Below, piece by piece: positions 1-9,243 of a DNA stretch of 64,000 nt (position 1 is its first letter; each line of letters begins with the position of its first letter). Where the stretch lies: contig JBGSVZ010000068.1 in the NCBI GenBank assembly GCA_041752695.1, positions 1-64,000 of the forward strand, written 5' to 3'. Under the pieces are notes generated by a model. That model saw only the letters and a program-made list of their open reading frames with translations. It had not been told where the DNA came from and did not search any database. A program made the translations under genes and the position numbers. The DNA is from Terrimicrobiaceae bacterium (GTDB taxonomy: Bacteria > Verrucomicrobiota > Verrucomicrobiia > Chthoniobacterales > Terrimicrobiaceae).

Positions 1-87
1 CTCCGCGGGACTCAAAATCGCGGCTACGCCGCCTCAACAATCCCTTGCCTCTACCAACCCAAATGAACTAAATCAACCCCGTCCTAA

Positions 88-140
88 GTGGTGCACTTTG
101 AAGTGACCACAGGTGGTGCATTTTGAAGTGACCGCCGACA
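88..140. mobile_element. IS21-family-like terminal end (element extends left, beyond the window)
   Basis: Two 21-nt direct repeats GTGGTGCAyTTTGAAGTGACC at 88-108 and 113-133 (25-nt period), followed by GCCGACA ending in CA at 140. Repeated binding sites and TG...CA termini are typical of IS21 ends. No transposase lies in the window. Confidence 0.7.
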
Positions 141-310
141 CTGTGGCTGAGTGGACAGGCTACTCCTGAAGCGTGCTTTCCCTATTTTGATTTCGGATCC
201 TACGACCCGCTACGTCTTCCGCATTCTGACCTGCCGCAATACGGATTCGATGAACTGATAGCCGCCAGCGGGTTCCCCCATACTCCATTCTTGAAGTCAG
301 ACTTTGGAAC

Positions 311-526
311 ATTTGCGGCCATCGACGCAACCACCGCGGATCCGATGGTGAATACCTGGACCGGAACGTGGCGAATTACGTCGACCAGGGATAGCCCACT
401 GGCCACACATCCTCCGGGGCTCGACACATGCAACACAATCGGATCGTTGCCATCATTGGAGAGTGCCAGTAGCAGTTCATTTTGCCCGCTGAAGCGGGCA
501 AGCGAAGATCCTTCCCTACTGACAGT
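311..526 (-). pseudogene. clpP: ClpP protease fragment
   Basis: The minus frame reads ELLLALSNDGNDPIVLHVSSPGGCVASGLSLVDVIRHVPVQVFTIGSAVVASMAA, matching the ClpP INSPGG...AASM motif (catalytic Ser codon at 323-325). There is an upstream in-frame TGA at 527-529, and similarity is lost after SMAA. Confidence 0.65.
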
Positions 527-576
527 TCACCCGAGCAGACAGTCTTTCTGCGGCCCGGAGTTTCCTGGAAATGAGC

Positions 577-2688
577 TTAACGCCGACCCATCATCGCTAT
601 CCATTTCACGGAAAGCATCAGTTCTGTTGATTCCGAGCCTGCAAATCTGCTCGAAATACTACCGACTGCATTTGACGGTCCGAAACATACATCAACTCGA
701 CTTCCTCCAACAGTCGCAGGAAAACCTGTACATTTTCCAAACTTCCAAACCGGCAACTTAGGAAGCATCCGCGGATCAACGAGCCTGCTAAGAAATTGGT
801 CGCTGTTCCATTCTTCGACGACAGAAAGCGCATGGCCGTCCGCATTCTTCGAGATCTCGATATTTGGTTGGTCATCTTTGAGAAACTGACCTTGAGTTCG
901 GAATTTCTGAAGCTTTCCCTCGACGAGCCGATAGGAGACATGCAGCAGCCCTACCTCCAAGTTCGATGCGGTGGGGGCACGATTATCGGTCTTCTTGTGG
1001 GTGGTTTTTTCGACACACCAATTCACAAAATTTTGCCAATGCCCCACCGCCGTAGTTACCTCGGCTAGTTGAGGAAGAAACGGGATGCTTTTCAGTGAAT
1101 CTCCGGCCAATGGGAGCAGCAGGAGGATGAGTGCACCAGCAAGGATTCGCCAAAACTCTCGATTTTCCTGTGGCCATGGCCGCTGCGCTTCGATGAGATC
1201 AAGTTCTTCCCGATACTCGGCGCGATCTTCACGGTTTTTCGCGTCGCGAATCTTCACAAGCGCTTGTTTTTTCACCGCATCGATTTCTGGCTTCAGGGCC
1301 TTATTGTTTCGATAAGCCGCGATGATCGTCAACGCCAAACCAAGACCCAGAACGCTAAGTTGGATCATCACGGTTACCACGGACGAGGGATCAAAAGCCC
1401 GCATTGTTGAATTTTTCAGGCTATTCTGACTCTGCAACAGCATGCTGAAAACTCCGATTAAAATCGCGTATAGAACGAGATTGTAAGTGTGGTGAAGATC
1501 GCGGAGGCCAAACTCCTTCTGCGAGTCTTCGAAATACAGCGCCAGAGACCAACCATAAGTTCCCTTTGAAGGTAGCAGGCGATGGACGATCACGAGCCAA
1601 AAAAGATATTTCGCCGCAATCCAAAGCGCAAAGGCATGAAAGAAGCTCTCTATAAGCATAACACCGATGAAAAAAAGATAAAACCAAAGCCTCTCACTTT
1701 CTCGGGTCCCTCCGGTCGCAGCTACGTTCAAGTGAAGAAATCCTTTGGCAACGGCTTTCTCGACGTCAACCTTCGTATCTTCCCATCCCATCGCCTCCCG
1801 GGAGTTAACCTCGGCGGTAATCGGCCAATTCTTGATTGCCACAAGCTCAGCCTTCACCCAAGCAAGAAAGTAGTTCTGATGCCTTGCCAGACGCTCCCGA
1901 ACCTCGCCTTCGAGCGAGCGCCGGAGCATTTCCATGTCTTTAATCTGACCTAACTTTTGCTCCGCGCCCGCCTTCTCAAGGTTATCCCGAAACCTTCCGA
2001 AAAAGGGAGCTTGAATGTAGCCGAAAGTTTTAGCAGTTCCCCCGATGACTTCCGGCTTCGTCCAGCTGTAGACCTCGCGAATTACATTATTCAAGAGCGC
2101 CGCGGCAAAAAAAATCGCTGGCAACCAACGAAACCAACGCAAATTCGAACGCCCCAACTTTCTCAAAAAGCCACGGAACCGTGCTTCTTCAAAGGACCTC
2201 TCCTCGGGCGCTGCCAGCGGAGCAGCTTCCCGAACTTCATTCGGAACAAGGATTTTCTCCTGTGCCAGGTCGATAAGCACCCGATGGCAACGGCCCACCG
2301 ACCACCACGCGAGCAGGAAACACAAGGGGACAATGATGAGATAATAAAGACCATGATTTGGCTCCGCCAGGTATCCCGCTTTCTGCTCAACCCGTAGTTT
2401 CACCCCTTCGGCACCGGGAGCCGGTCTTACTTCCGCCGCCACCTCGACTCGCAGCAGGTCGGAGTTCGCCGCGTGAGCGCAAAAAAGCACGGCCAGCACC
2501 AACAGGCACCACGCTCCCAGCCAGACAACAAATGTCACCCGCGCATCGGCAAAAGAAATGCGCCGGATCAAGTTTTTGAATTCCCGCACCAGAGGCCTTT
2601 GAACCCACCACTCTTCCGAGTGCATGTTGGTCGAATGCACAAAGGCACTCGCAAATTTGTATCTCATAGGCTCATTCGCCGGGCCCAC
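577..2688 (-). CDS. Polytopic membrane protein of unknown function (about 7-8 hydrophobic segments, one large loop, soluble C-terminal tail)
   Basis: 703-aa ORF with hydrophobic stretches such as VTFVVWLGAWCLLVLAVLF, LYYLIIVPLCFLLAWW, LWFYLFFIGVMLIESFFHAFALWIAA and FWRILAGALILLLLPLAG. It starts 40 nt downstream of the GH13 gene. Confidence 0.8.
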   Translation of the reverse strand: MGPANEPMRYKFASAFVHSTNMHSEEWWVQRPLVREFKNLIRRISFADARVTFVVWLGAWCLLVLAVLFCAHAANSDLLRVEVAAEVRPAPGAEGVKLRVEQKAGYLAEPNHGLYYLIIVPLCFLLAWWSVGRCHRVLIDLAQEKILVPNEVREAAPLAAPEERSFEEARFRGFLRKLGRSNLRWFRWLPAIFFAAALLNNVIREVYSWTKPEVIGGTAKTFGYIQAPFFGRFRDNLEKAGAEQKLGQIKDMEMLRRSLEGEVRERLARHQNYFLAWVKAELVAIKNWPITAEVNSREAMGWEDTKVDVEKAVAKGFLHLNVAATGGTRESERLWFYLFFIGVMLIESFFHAFALWIAAKYLFWLVIVHRLLPSKGTYGWSLALYFEDSQKEFGLRDLHHTYNLVLYAILIGVFSMLLQSQNSLKNSTMRAFDPSSVVTVMIQLSVLGLGLALTIIAAYRNNKALKPEIDAVKKQALVKIRDAKNREDRAEYREELDLIEAQRPWPQENREFWRILAGALILLLLPLAGDSLKSIPFLPQLAEVTTAVGHWQNFVNWCVEKTTHKKTDNRAPTASNLEVGLLHVSYRLVEGKLQKFRTQGQFLKDDQPNIEISKNADGHALSVVEEWNSDQFLSRLVDPRMLPKLPVWKFGKCTGFPATVGGSRVDVCFGPSNAVGSISSRFAGSESTELMLSVKWIAMMGRR

Positions 2689-2728
2689 ACTGTATTCATC
2701 CCGAGTTGTCTCACCGGATCTCTCCGAC

Positions 2729-4648
2729 TTATCTCGTGAAGACGAGGACCGAATTCGCCGGAATCACGAGGCGCGCTACCGCAGGCATTTCTTCGCGGGA
2801 CTCCGTCCGAGCGTGCGTGGTCACATTGCCTGTCGGCAAGTAGTCATCGTAGGCGTCGCTATTAAATATCTCCCGCCAATGTCCGACACCGGGCCATGGC
2901 AATTCGTAGTCACGGAGAGTATGATCGTTAAAGCTGGCAACCACGACCACGTCGCGGCCTTCATTTGGAACCCAGCGATGGAAGGCAAGCACCCGATTTC
3001 CTTCATGGACGCCCAGCAGACTCAAGGTTTCCGCTCGCAGAGCCGGCTGAGACCGGCGCAACCTCACAAGTTCCTCGATGAAACGGTGGAACCGCCCCAT
3101 GTGCGGATCCTTGCCCCAGTCCAGGCCATCCCACCAGATCAGTAAATTTGCATGGTTCGCCGCGTCGTCTGCCCATTGTTTGTCCTCCAGCAGGCACTGA
3201 CCCATGAAAAGCATGGGAATGCCGGGTGCAGTCATCAAGATGGACGATACGACCCGCGAGCGACTCCTCGCATACCACGATCTCGTATTGGAACCGTCCG
3301 CGAGTCCGGGAATGCGTCGACCTCGGTCGCGATAAACCTCATCGTGACTCTCCACATATTGAACCGCGCGCCAAGCGTTGAGGAAATTGGGTGCCCAGAG
3401 ATTCGCCGCCACTGCCCCGAGGTTGATCGAGGCCCCTTCGCCCACCGATGCGGCTCCAACAGCGGAGCGAAGCGAGACACGGAGGCCGTCGTGCCAGCAG
3501 GCGTCAAACCCCGCACCTCCGTGTTCGGGAAAACGCACCACATAGGGGTCCACACTCCAGTATTCGGCCACGTTTATGGCAGAAGGCTTCGCGGACTTCA
3601 TCGTATTCGTTAAATCCTGGCAGAAGCGCCAACCATCATTGCTATTCTGGCTTACGATCACACTCACCTGATCGTACCGATAGCCATCAAGGTGATATTC
3701 CTCGACGAAGAACTTCGCATTATCGATCAGAAACTGGCGCACCTCCTTTTTCCAAATTGCCCATACTGGCCCCGTATGGTCCTGGTCGGTAAAATACAGA
3801 CTGTCATTCCGATTGGTGCCGGCCGGCCGGTCAAAGAACCACAGGCTCTCGTCCTGTCCCATCACTTGCCCGCCCGCGTGATTGTAAACCACATCCACAA
3901 GTACGGCCAAACCGCTCAGGTGGAAAAGCTCGACTACGATTTTGAGTTGATTCGTTTGTATGCCGATATCATCCTTGCTTAACGGCGGAAGCCCGTGGCG
4001 ACCGCGAAGTCCATTCACCAACATCTCATAGTCGTCGATTTCCCCGGGCGGCACCGTGTAGTCCATCTCCGGAGAGAAAATATCACACCCCTCGTAACCA
4101 AGGCTGCGCGGGTTATCAAATTCCACGATGGGCAGCAGCAGGACTGCATTGATCCCAAGCGCCGCCAGATAATCCAGCTTACCCAGAAGGTCCAGAAACT
4201 TTGCTACGCGATGCGGGCGATCAGGACCGTTAAAGACCCCAACATGCAGCTGATAGAAGATCAGGTCGTTGAATCCGGGCGGATGATAATATTCGTCGTG
4301 CCATGTCCAATTTCTTGGGTCGCGCAGCACACAGTTGCAGAAGGGGTATGAGGGCATTCGCGTGAGCTCACGCGCGTAGGGGTCCCGCTTGTGGCCGGAA
4401 GTGCCTGCCCCTACAACATAAAACTTGTATTCCTGGCCTTCCTTGGCATTTGCGACAAATCCCGACCAATGGTCTCCATTCCTGTGCATCGCGCCATCGT
4501 CCGACTGACCCCACTGGTTGAATTCTCCATGAACCGAAACCTTCAGTGCCCTTGGTGCCCAGCATCGGAACGTGGCACCACTTCGGTCTGGAACGATATT
4601 GCCGCCCATGGGCGTCGACGTGGGATGCAGGACAGTCTGGGTCGGCAT
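2729..4648 (-). CDS. GH13 alpha-amylase family protein with N-terminal CBM48 (GlgB/TreZ-like alpha-glucan-acting enzyme)
   Basis: N-terminal ATFRCWAPRALKVSVHGEFNQW (CBM48). GH13 conserved regions VDVVYNH, DGYRYDQV, VAEYW and YVESHDE. C-terminal WREIFNSD. No signal peptide. Confidence 0.92.
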   Translation of the reverse strand: MPTQTVLHPTSTPMGGNIVPDRSGATFRCWAPRALKVSVHGEFNQWGQSDDGAMHRNGDHWSGFVANAKEGQEYKFYVVGAGTSGHKRDPYARELTRMPSYPFCNCVLRDPRNWTWHDEYYHPPGFNDLIFYQLHVGVFNGPDRPHRVAKFLDLLGKLDYLAALGINAVLLLPIVEFDNPRSLGYEGCDIFSPEMDYTVPPGEIDDYEMLVNGLRGRHGLPPLSKDDIGIQTNQLKIVVELFHLSGLAVLVDVVYNHAGGQVMGQDESLWFFDRPAGTNRNDSLYFTDQDHTGPVWAIWKKEVRQFLIDNAKFFVEEYHLDGYRYDQVSVIVSQNSNDGWRFCQDLTNTMKSAKPSAINVAEYWSVDPYVVRFPEHGGAGFDACWHDGLRVSLRSAVGAASVGEGASINLGAVAANLWAPNFLNAWRAVQYVESHDEVYRDRGRRIPGLADGSNTRSWYARSRSRVVSSILMTAPGIPMLFMGQCLLEDKQWADDAANHANLLIWWDGLDWGKDPHMGRFHRFIEELVRLRRSQPALRAETLSLLGVHEGNRVLAFHRWVPNEGRDVVVVASFNDHTLRDYELPWPGVGHWREIFNSDAYDDYLPTGNVTTHARTESREEMPAVARLVIPANSVLVFTR

Positions 4649-4741
4649 GATTTTTTGTTTCCGTATAAAAGTTGCGAAATCGAAAGGAATTAAGCTGTGC
4701 TGTCCAAAATGGACCGGACAATCGCTATTCCCAACCGGCTC

Positions 4742-6085
4742 CTAGTCGTACCCACCGAACATGAATAACGAGCAGGGTTCATCCATCACGTTGAAGAGGG
4801 CGTGCAATTGGCCCGTCTTGCAGAGCGCGATGTCACCCGCCAGCATATGCCTGATCTCGAAAGCCCGGTCACGATCAGGGAACTCCGCCCAATCTCCCAC
4901 CATCATCAACCCGTGGCCGGCAAGCATGAGAAAAGCTTCTTGGTTATCACGATGCCGATGAATGCCTATGGAACATTCTGGCTGAAGGATGTGCAGATCC
5001 ATATAGTCAACCGCCATGAAGCTTTCCCTCTTCCCACTCGTCAGATTTGGACCGGAAGTCTGAGCGTTGGTGCCGTAGGTGTTCGCATCAAAGTTTCCTG
5101 GAATAAGATCCCGGCCGAGCTCCGGAAGCGTTCCGTCACCATGAATCTCCATCCGACGCTTCTCGTAGAAATAGTTGGAGAAAAGATTGCGATACTCCAG
5201 GAAACCGACTCCGCCGTGTGGATTTCCGCTAATACCGCAGCTGAGGAAAGACTTCCAACCTCGCATCGCCATATTGAAGACCAGCTTGTAATTCCGCCCA
5301 CCTTGGGAATCCCAAACGCTCTCGTCAGACTTCGCAAAAGCGATTTCCAGCTTCAGGGGTCGCACCGGATGCATGCAGTGCTCTGGAGCATGATCAAGAA
5401 TTTGCCAACCTTCCCTGCGGCGATTCAATTCACCGCGCAGTTTATCAATTCCCTCGCCCTCGAAATCCGAGAGAGATCCCTTCACCAGGTCGGGACGCGC
5501 CTGCAGAAGGCCGAGGTCGATTGCCTTCTTGCCATTCAGGTCGAGCAAGTTGCCCAATGGGGTCGCTCCGGCATAGGACCAGAGCTCAATCTCGTAGTTA
5601 CCCGTCTTCGGGTTCAGAGGCATTGTGATCAGACTCGGCGACTGGACGCCATTAACCTTGAGATGAAGCTTAATCGCCAAACCGGGATCACCCGCAGTCT
5701 GTTTTCCGAGCGCGGTGCCGGGCGTTCCTCGGTAAACGATCTTCAGGAATACTCCCGCCCAATCTCCAGCAGCCGCATAGCCGCGAATCACGAAGAAGTC
5801 ACCGAGGGAAAAGTCCGCGATGTTCTGTTTCTGAAAATCGGTCTTGATATTCTGGCTAGCTGGCGTGAAAGCATCCGGCGCACCTTGGGCCGGGCCATAA
5901 AGGGATAGTTCCTTGTAGGGGAACAGATACTGGATGCTGTAAGGATGATAATTTTCCCGCTCGGACGCAAGCCTTTGTTGCAACTGTGCCTCGCCAATGA
6001 GCCTCAGTAGGGGATTGTTGACATCGTAGGGAGGAGTGGTTCCTCCCGGAACTGGTCGCACTTGGTCGAATTTAGGGAATTCCAT
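4742..6085 (-). CDS. Cupin-domain protein with large uncharacterised N-terminal region and a CBM-like WDSQGGRNY motif
   Basis: C-terminal cupin GIHRHRDNQEAFLMLAGHG...GDIALCKTGQLHALFN. The start is placed at ATG 6085, just after the upstream stop at 6088. Confidence 0.85.
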   Translation of the reverse strand: MEFPKFDQVRPVPGGTTPPYDVNNPLLRLIGEAQLQQRLASERENYHPYSIQYLFPYKELSLYGPAQGAPDAFTPASQNIKTDFQKQNIADFSLGDFFVIRGYAAAGDWAGVFLKIVYRGTPGTALGKQTAGDPGLAIKLHLKVNGVQSPSLITMPLNPKTGNYEIELWSYAGATPLGNLLDLNGKKAIDLGLLQARPDLVKGSLSDFEGEGIDKLRGELNRRREGWQILDHAPEHCMHPVRPLKLEIAFAKSDESVWDSQGGRNYKLVFNMAMRGWKSFLSCGISGNPHGGVGFLEYRNLFSNYFYEKRRMEIHGDGTLPELGRDLIPGNFDANTYGTNAQTSGPNLTSGKRESFMAVDYMDLHILQPECSIGIHRHRDNQEAFLMLAGHGLMMVGDWAEFPDRDRAFEIRHMLAGDIALCKTGQLHALFNVMDEPCSLFMFGGYD

Positions 6086-6087
6086 AC

Positions 6088-7278
6088 TTAACTTGAGTGA
6101 TAAAGGAAGGCGACGAACTTCAGTTCCTCGGTCCCCGTGTTTCTGATTCCATGCATACCGCCGCTCTTGGTGAAGATCACTGACCCAGGCTCCACGGGCA
6201 CTTCCCACATCTTTCGTTCGTCTAGACCGAAGATTGGCATCGACACCAAGGGATACTGAGGCACTTGGGCACTCAGGCTTGGATCATCGTTCTCGCCCAT
6301 GTAGGCGACGCCTTTTCCCGCCGTGACGAAATAAAGCTCCTCACTACCGATATGCTGGTGCGTCCCCTCCACCCCGCCGACCGGCACTGTGACTTCGTGA
6401 AAGAAAACAAGATTGGATCCCAGTTCTTGTTGGAAGATCCAACGCATTTCGGTAATATTGGAATGCATGTTTGCCGCATTCCCATTATAAAATCGGTCAG
6501 CAAACTTCTGGATGTCGCTGTCAAGCATCATGGCGTTTCGATAGCTGACTGGCGCGATGCTTTTGACATTCTGAAAATACCAACCCCGCTGGAAATCGAT
6601 TTGATAGTTCTTCGCATCGATGGTGTTCCGTGGATCGCTGGGATTATTAAAGTCGGGCCTCTGGATCGTCCGATCAAAAAAGTTATCCCATCCAGAGTTC
6701 GTGTCAGTTATCCCGTAGCCGAAGGGCTCGTGAACCGGACCTTCGCGGAAGGCAAGGTAGACCTTGGCGATCTCTTTAGGGGTTTGAAGCGCCGGCGAAA
6801 AAGAGGGCACCCGGGTGATCGATCCTCCTGCACCCATCATATCCAGCACCTTGATGTCATGAAACTGTCCATCTGGAACCTCTAGAGAGCCCCAGATTTC
6901 CGCCTGATGCGCATCTGTCCAGGGACAGTATGTGAGTTTAACCCTGGTTTCGACTGCCTGCCCGTTTTTGGGCTCGATTTTGATCCAGCAGATGACCGTC
7001 CCGCCCACGAAGCGCTGCTTCAGCCGCGTTTGCTCGGTCAATCTGCCTGCCCGGTACTCGATACGCAGGAAATTCGTGAGAGTGAAGTCGTCGAGCCTTA
7101 CCGAGCCCTTCAGCACCATCGCGTCGCTTTTGCTCCGCACTTCGTCCACAACATAGGTGTAGCGGCTCGACCGAGTCGCATTGAGGTAGGAGGCGTGGTA
7201 AACGCGGTCGGGGAAAAAAACCACGTGAAACACCTCATTGGCGGGGTGTGACTGAATGGCATCGAAGCGCAGGTCCAT
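6088..7278 (-). CDS. Cupin-domain protein with uncharacterised N-terminal region
   Basis: C-terminal cupin GTHQHIGSEELYFVTAGKG...PGSVIFTKSGGMHGIRNTG; 396 aa. Confidence 0.87.
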   Translation of the reverse strand: MDLRFDAIQSHPANEVFHVVFFPDRVYHASYLNATRSSRYTYVVDEVRSKSDAMVLKGSVRLDDFTLTNFLRIEYRAGRLTEQTRLKQRFVGGTVICWIKIEPKNGQAVETRVKLTYCPWTDAHQAEIWGSLEVPDGQFHDIKVLDMMGAGGSITRVPSFSPALQTPKEIAKVYLAFREGPVHEPFGYGITDTNSGWDNFFDRTIQRPDFNNPSDPRNTIDAKNYQIDFQRGWYFQNVKSIAPVSYRNAMMLDSDIQKFADRFYNGNAANMHSNITEMRWIFQQELGSNLVFFHEVTVPVGGVEGTHQHIGSEELYFVTAGKGVAYMGENDDPSLSAQVPQYPLVSMPIFGLDERKMWEVPVEPGSVIFTKSGGMHGIRNTGTEELKFVAFLYHSS

Positions 7279-7301
7279 GGAGTGTTGATTGGGTTTAGGG
7301 A

Positions 7302-9230
7302 CTAGATTCGGGAGGCAAGGAGGTCGGCCACCCGGAAGGAATTAGCCTGAATCGTGAGAGTTGGGTTTGCGCCCCCGCTTGTCGGCATGAAGGAGCCGTC
7401 CGTGACGTAAAGATTGTCGACACCCCAGACACGGCAGTCAGGGTTCAGCACGGAATCGTTCTCATCAGTTCCGAATCGCGCACCGCCAAGGATGTGATTA
7501 GCGATTCGAACGGTATTTTCCAGCTTCATGCCATAAACGCTGCCGAACTCCACAGTCAAATCGGCAGCAGGAATACCCTTATTCGTGCACCCCTCCACCA
7601 GAATGTCACGACAGATCTCCGCCAGTCGATGCATGAGGAACTCATCGTGTGGATGCCAGTCCTTCACAATGTGCGCGACCTTGCGTCCCCATTTGTCTTT
7701 CACGGTCGGATGGAGTCTGATGTGGTTGTCGTATTGGGGAATCTGATTTGCCATGTAACTACAAGAGAGGCGGGTGCCAAAATCCGTGCGTAGCCAATCC
7801 ATTAGCGCATCGCCGTACAATTCCTTCGATCCTTGGAACCCCTGCCAGAGCGAATCGAGATCCGTGCTGCCATGCGTTCTCGCCAGGGAAATGGGCAGCG
7901 CCTGGTCTGAAGTATTGTTGTAAATCGCCGCGCCCGCCCAGAGCTGATTCCTCATGATCCAATCTGCATTCGAGGGGAAGTCCGTCGCATAGTCACTGTC
8001 CAGTGACTTCGTCTTGTCAAAACGCCGACCGGGAATTTCTTTCCACTCTCGGGTCAGATTACCTTGATTATCCGGCTGATAATACCCCGCCTTCAACCGC
8101 ACCTCAGCTCCGCCGAAACAATGGGTGAGAAACATGCGACCGAGCAACCCTTCGCTCGTCCCTACTTTGAGCCGCTTCCCAAGGTTCACTATATCGTTTT
8201 CAGCAGAAAGGAGAAGCAGGCGCGACGACTCGATGGCGGAACAAGCCACAACAACCACCTTTCCCTTCACCCTTTTTTCTCGGCCCGATGGATCCCGATA
8301 CACCACAGTTTCAATCCTGCTGCCGTTTGCTTCAAGATGCGTGACATTGCAATTGCATCGTAGCGTCAACCCGTCGGGGTATTTCTCAATCGTCGGCCGG
8401 AGCAAGGCGACATAGGTATTGGACTTTAGCCCCAACGCTTCTCCATACCGATTAATGTACGAATTTTTTGGGTCGTAGGCCTTGCGTTTCGAAGGATTAT
8501 GGTCTTGGGTGATAACAGCGACCGGCGTGCGGTAGGGCACAGGTGCGGCAGCACCCAACTCCCGTTGCGCGACACGCGTCATCCCATTCAAGGCAAAATC
8601 ACTGATGGGATTCGGAGGGAGTGGGGTCTGATAGGGATCCCCTGGCAGGGTCGTCAAATCGATAGGCTTCAGCTGCCCTTGGCGGGTTCCATTAATACCC
8701 ACCAATTCCTCGGCTTTCGTATAGTAGGGTTCCAGATCATCATAACTGATCGGCCAATCCCGCACTTGGCTGAGGGCATCGCCCTTCGGGTCATTCGGCA
8801 GGGTCCGTCCCGCATTGAAAGACTTCAACCGGAAGTCATTCGGGGCGAACCGCAGGGAGACAGCACCATACAATTGCGTTCCGCCTCCCACCACCTGCGC
8901 TGTGTATCCCTCAATCGTGACCACCGGCTTCTGCTCGACAGTCTGGCTGTGTAAATGCGGCTCATCGTTGAGGTCCGGCTCTACAATACTCGGGTAGAAG
9001 GAAGCACCCGTGTTCGCCATGTCCGGAATCGTGACGATGTGTTCTGTGCCAAAACCGAAAAGTTCATCACGCTTAAAATCACTCAGCGTATTTCCGGCCA
9101 GATCATCCTGGGTGCGCAGCGCTGGCCCCTTTTCCAAGATCAGCACTCGCTTCCCCTTCGCCACCAGGGTGTGCGCGATCGGAGCTCCTCCCGCACCGCT
9201 TCCGATGATAACAACGTCAAATTCTTCCAT
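7302..9230 (-). CDS. GMC family FAD-dependent oxidoreductase
   Basis: FDVVIIGSGAGG FAD motif, VVGGGTQLYGA, C-terminal NHILGGARFG...NLYVTDGSFMPTSGGANPTLTIQAN. The start is placed at ATG 9230. Confidence 0.95.
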   Translation of the reverse strand: MEEFDVVIIGSGAGGAPIAHTLVAKGKRVLILEKGPALRTQDDLAGNTLSDFKRDELFGFGTEHIVTIPDMANTGASFYPSIVEPDLNDEPHLHSQTVEQKPVVTIEGYTAQVVGGGTQLYGAVSLRFAPNDFRLKSFNAGRTLPNDPKGDALSQVRDWPISYDDLEPYYTKAEELVGINGTRQGQLKPIDLTTLPGDPYQTPLPPNPISDFALNGMTRVAQRELGAAAPVPYRTPVAVITQDHNPSKRKAYDPKNSYINRYGEALGLKSNTYVALLRPTIEKYPDGLTLRCNCNVTHLEANGSRIETVVYRDPSGREKRVKGKVVVVACSAIESSRLLLLSAENDIVNLGKRLKVGTSEGLLGRMFLTHCFGGAEVRLKAGYYQPDNQGNLTREWKEIPGRRFDKTKSLDSDYATDFPSNADWIMRNQLWAGAAIYNNTSDQALPISLARTHGSTDLDSLWQGFQGSKELYGDALMDWLRTDFGTRLSCSYMANQIPQYDNHIRLHPTVKDKWGRKVAHIVKDWHPHDEFLMHRLAEICRDILVEGCTNKGIPAADLTVEFGSVYGMKLENTVRIANHILGGARFGTDENDSVLNPDCRVWGVDNLYVTDGSFMPTSGGANPTLTIQANSFRVADLLASRI

Positions 9231-9243
9231 AGCAGTTCCTGAT

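Noticed and set aside
88..133. Two 21-nt repeats as a CRISPR array
   Set aside because: Only two units with a 4-nt spacer and no cas genes; this fits an IS end.
4802..5908. 368-aa plus-strand ORF
   Set aside because: Antisense shadow of the cupin gene with no motifs.
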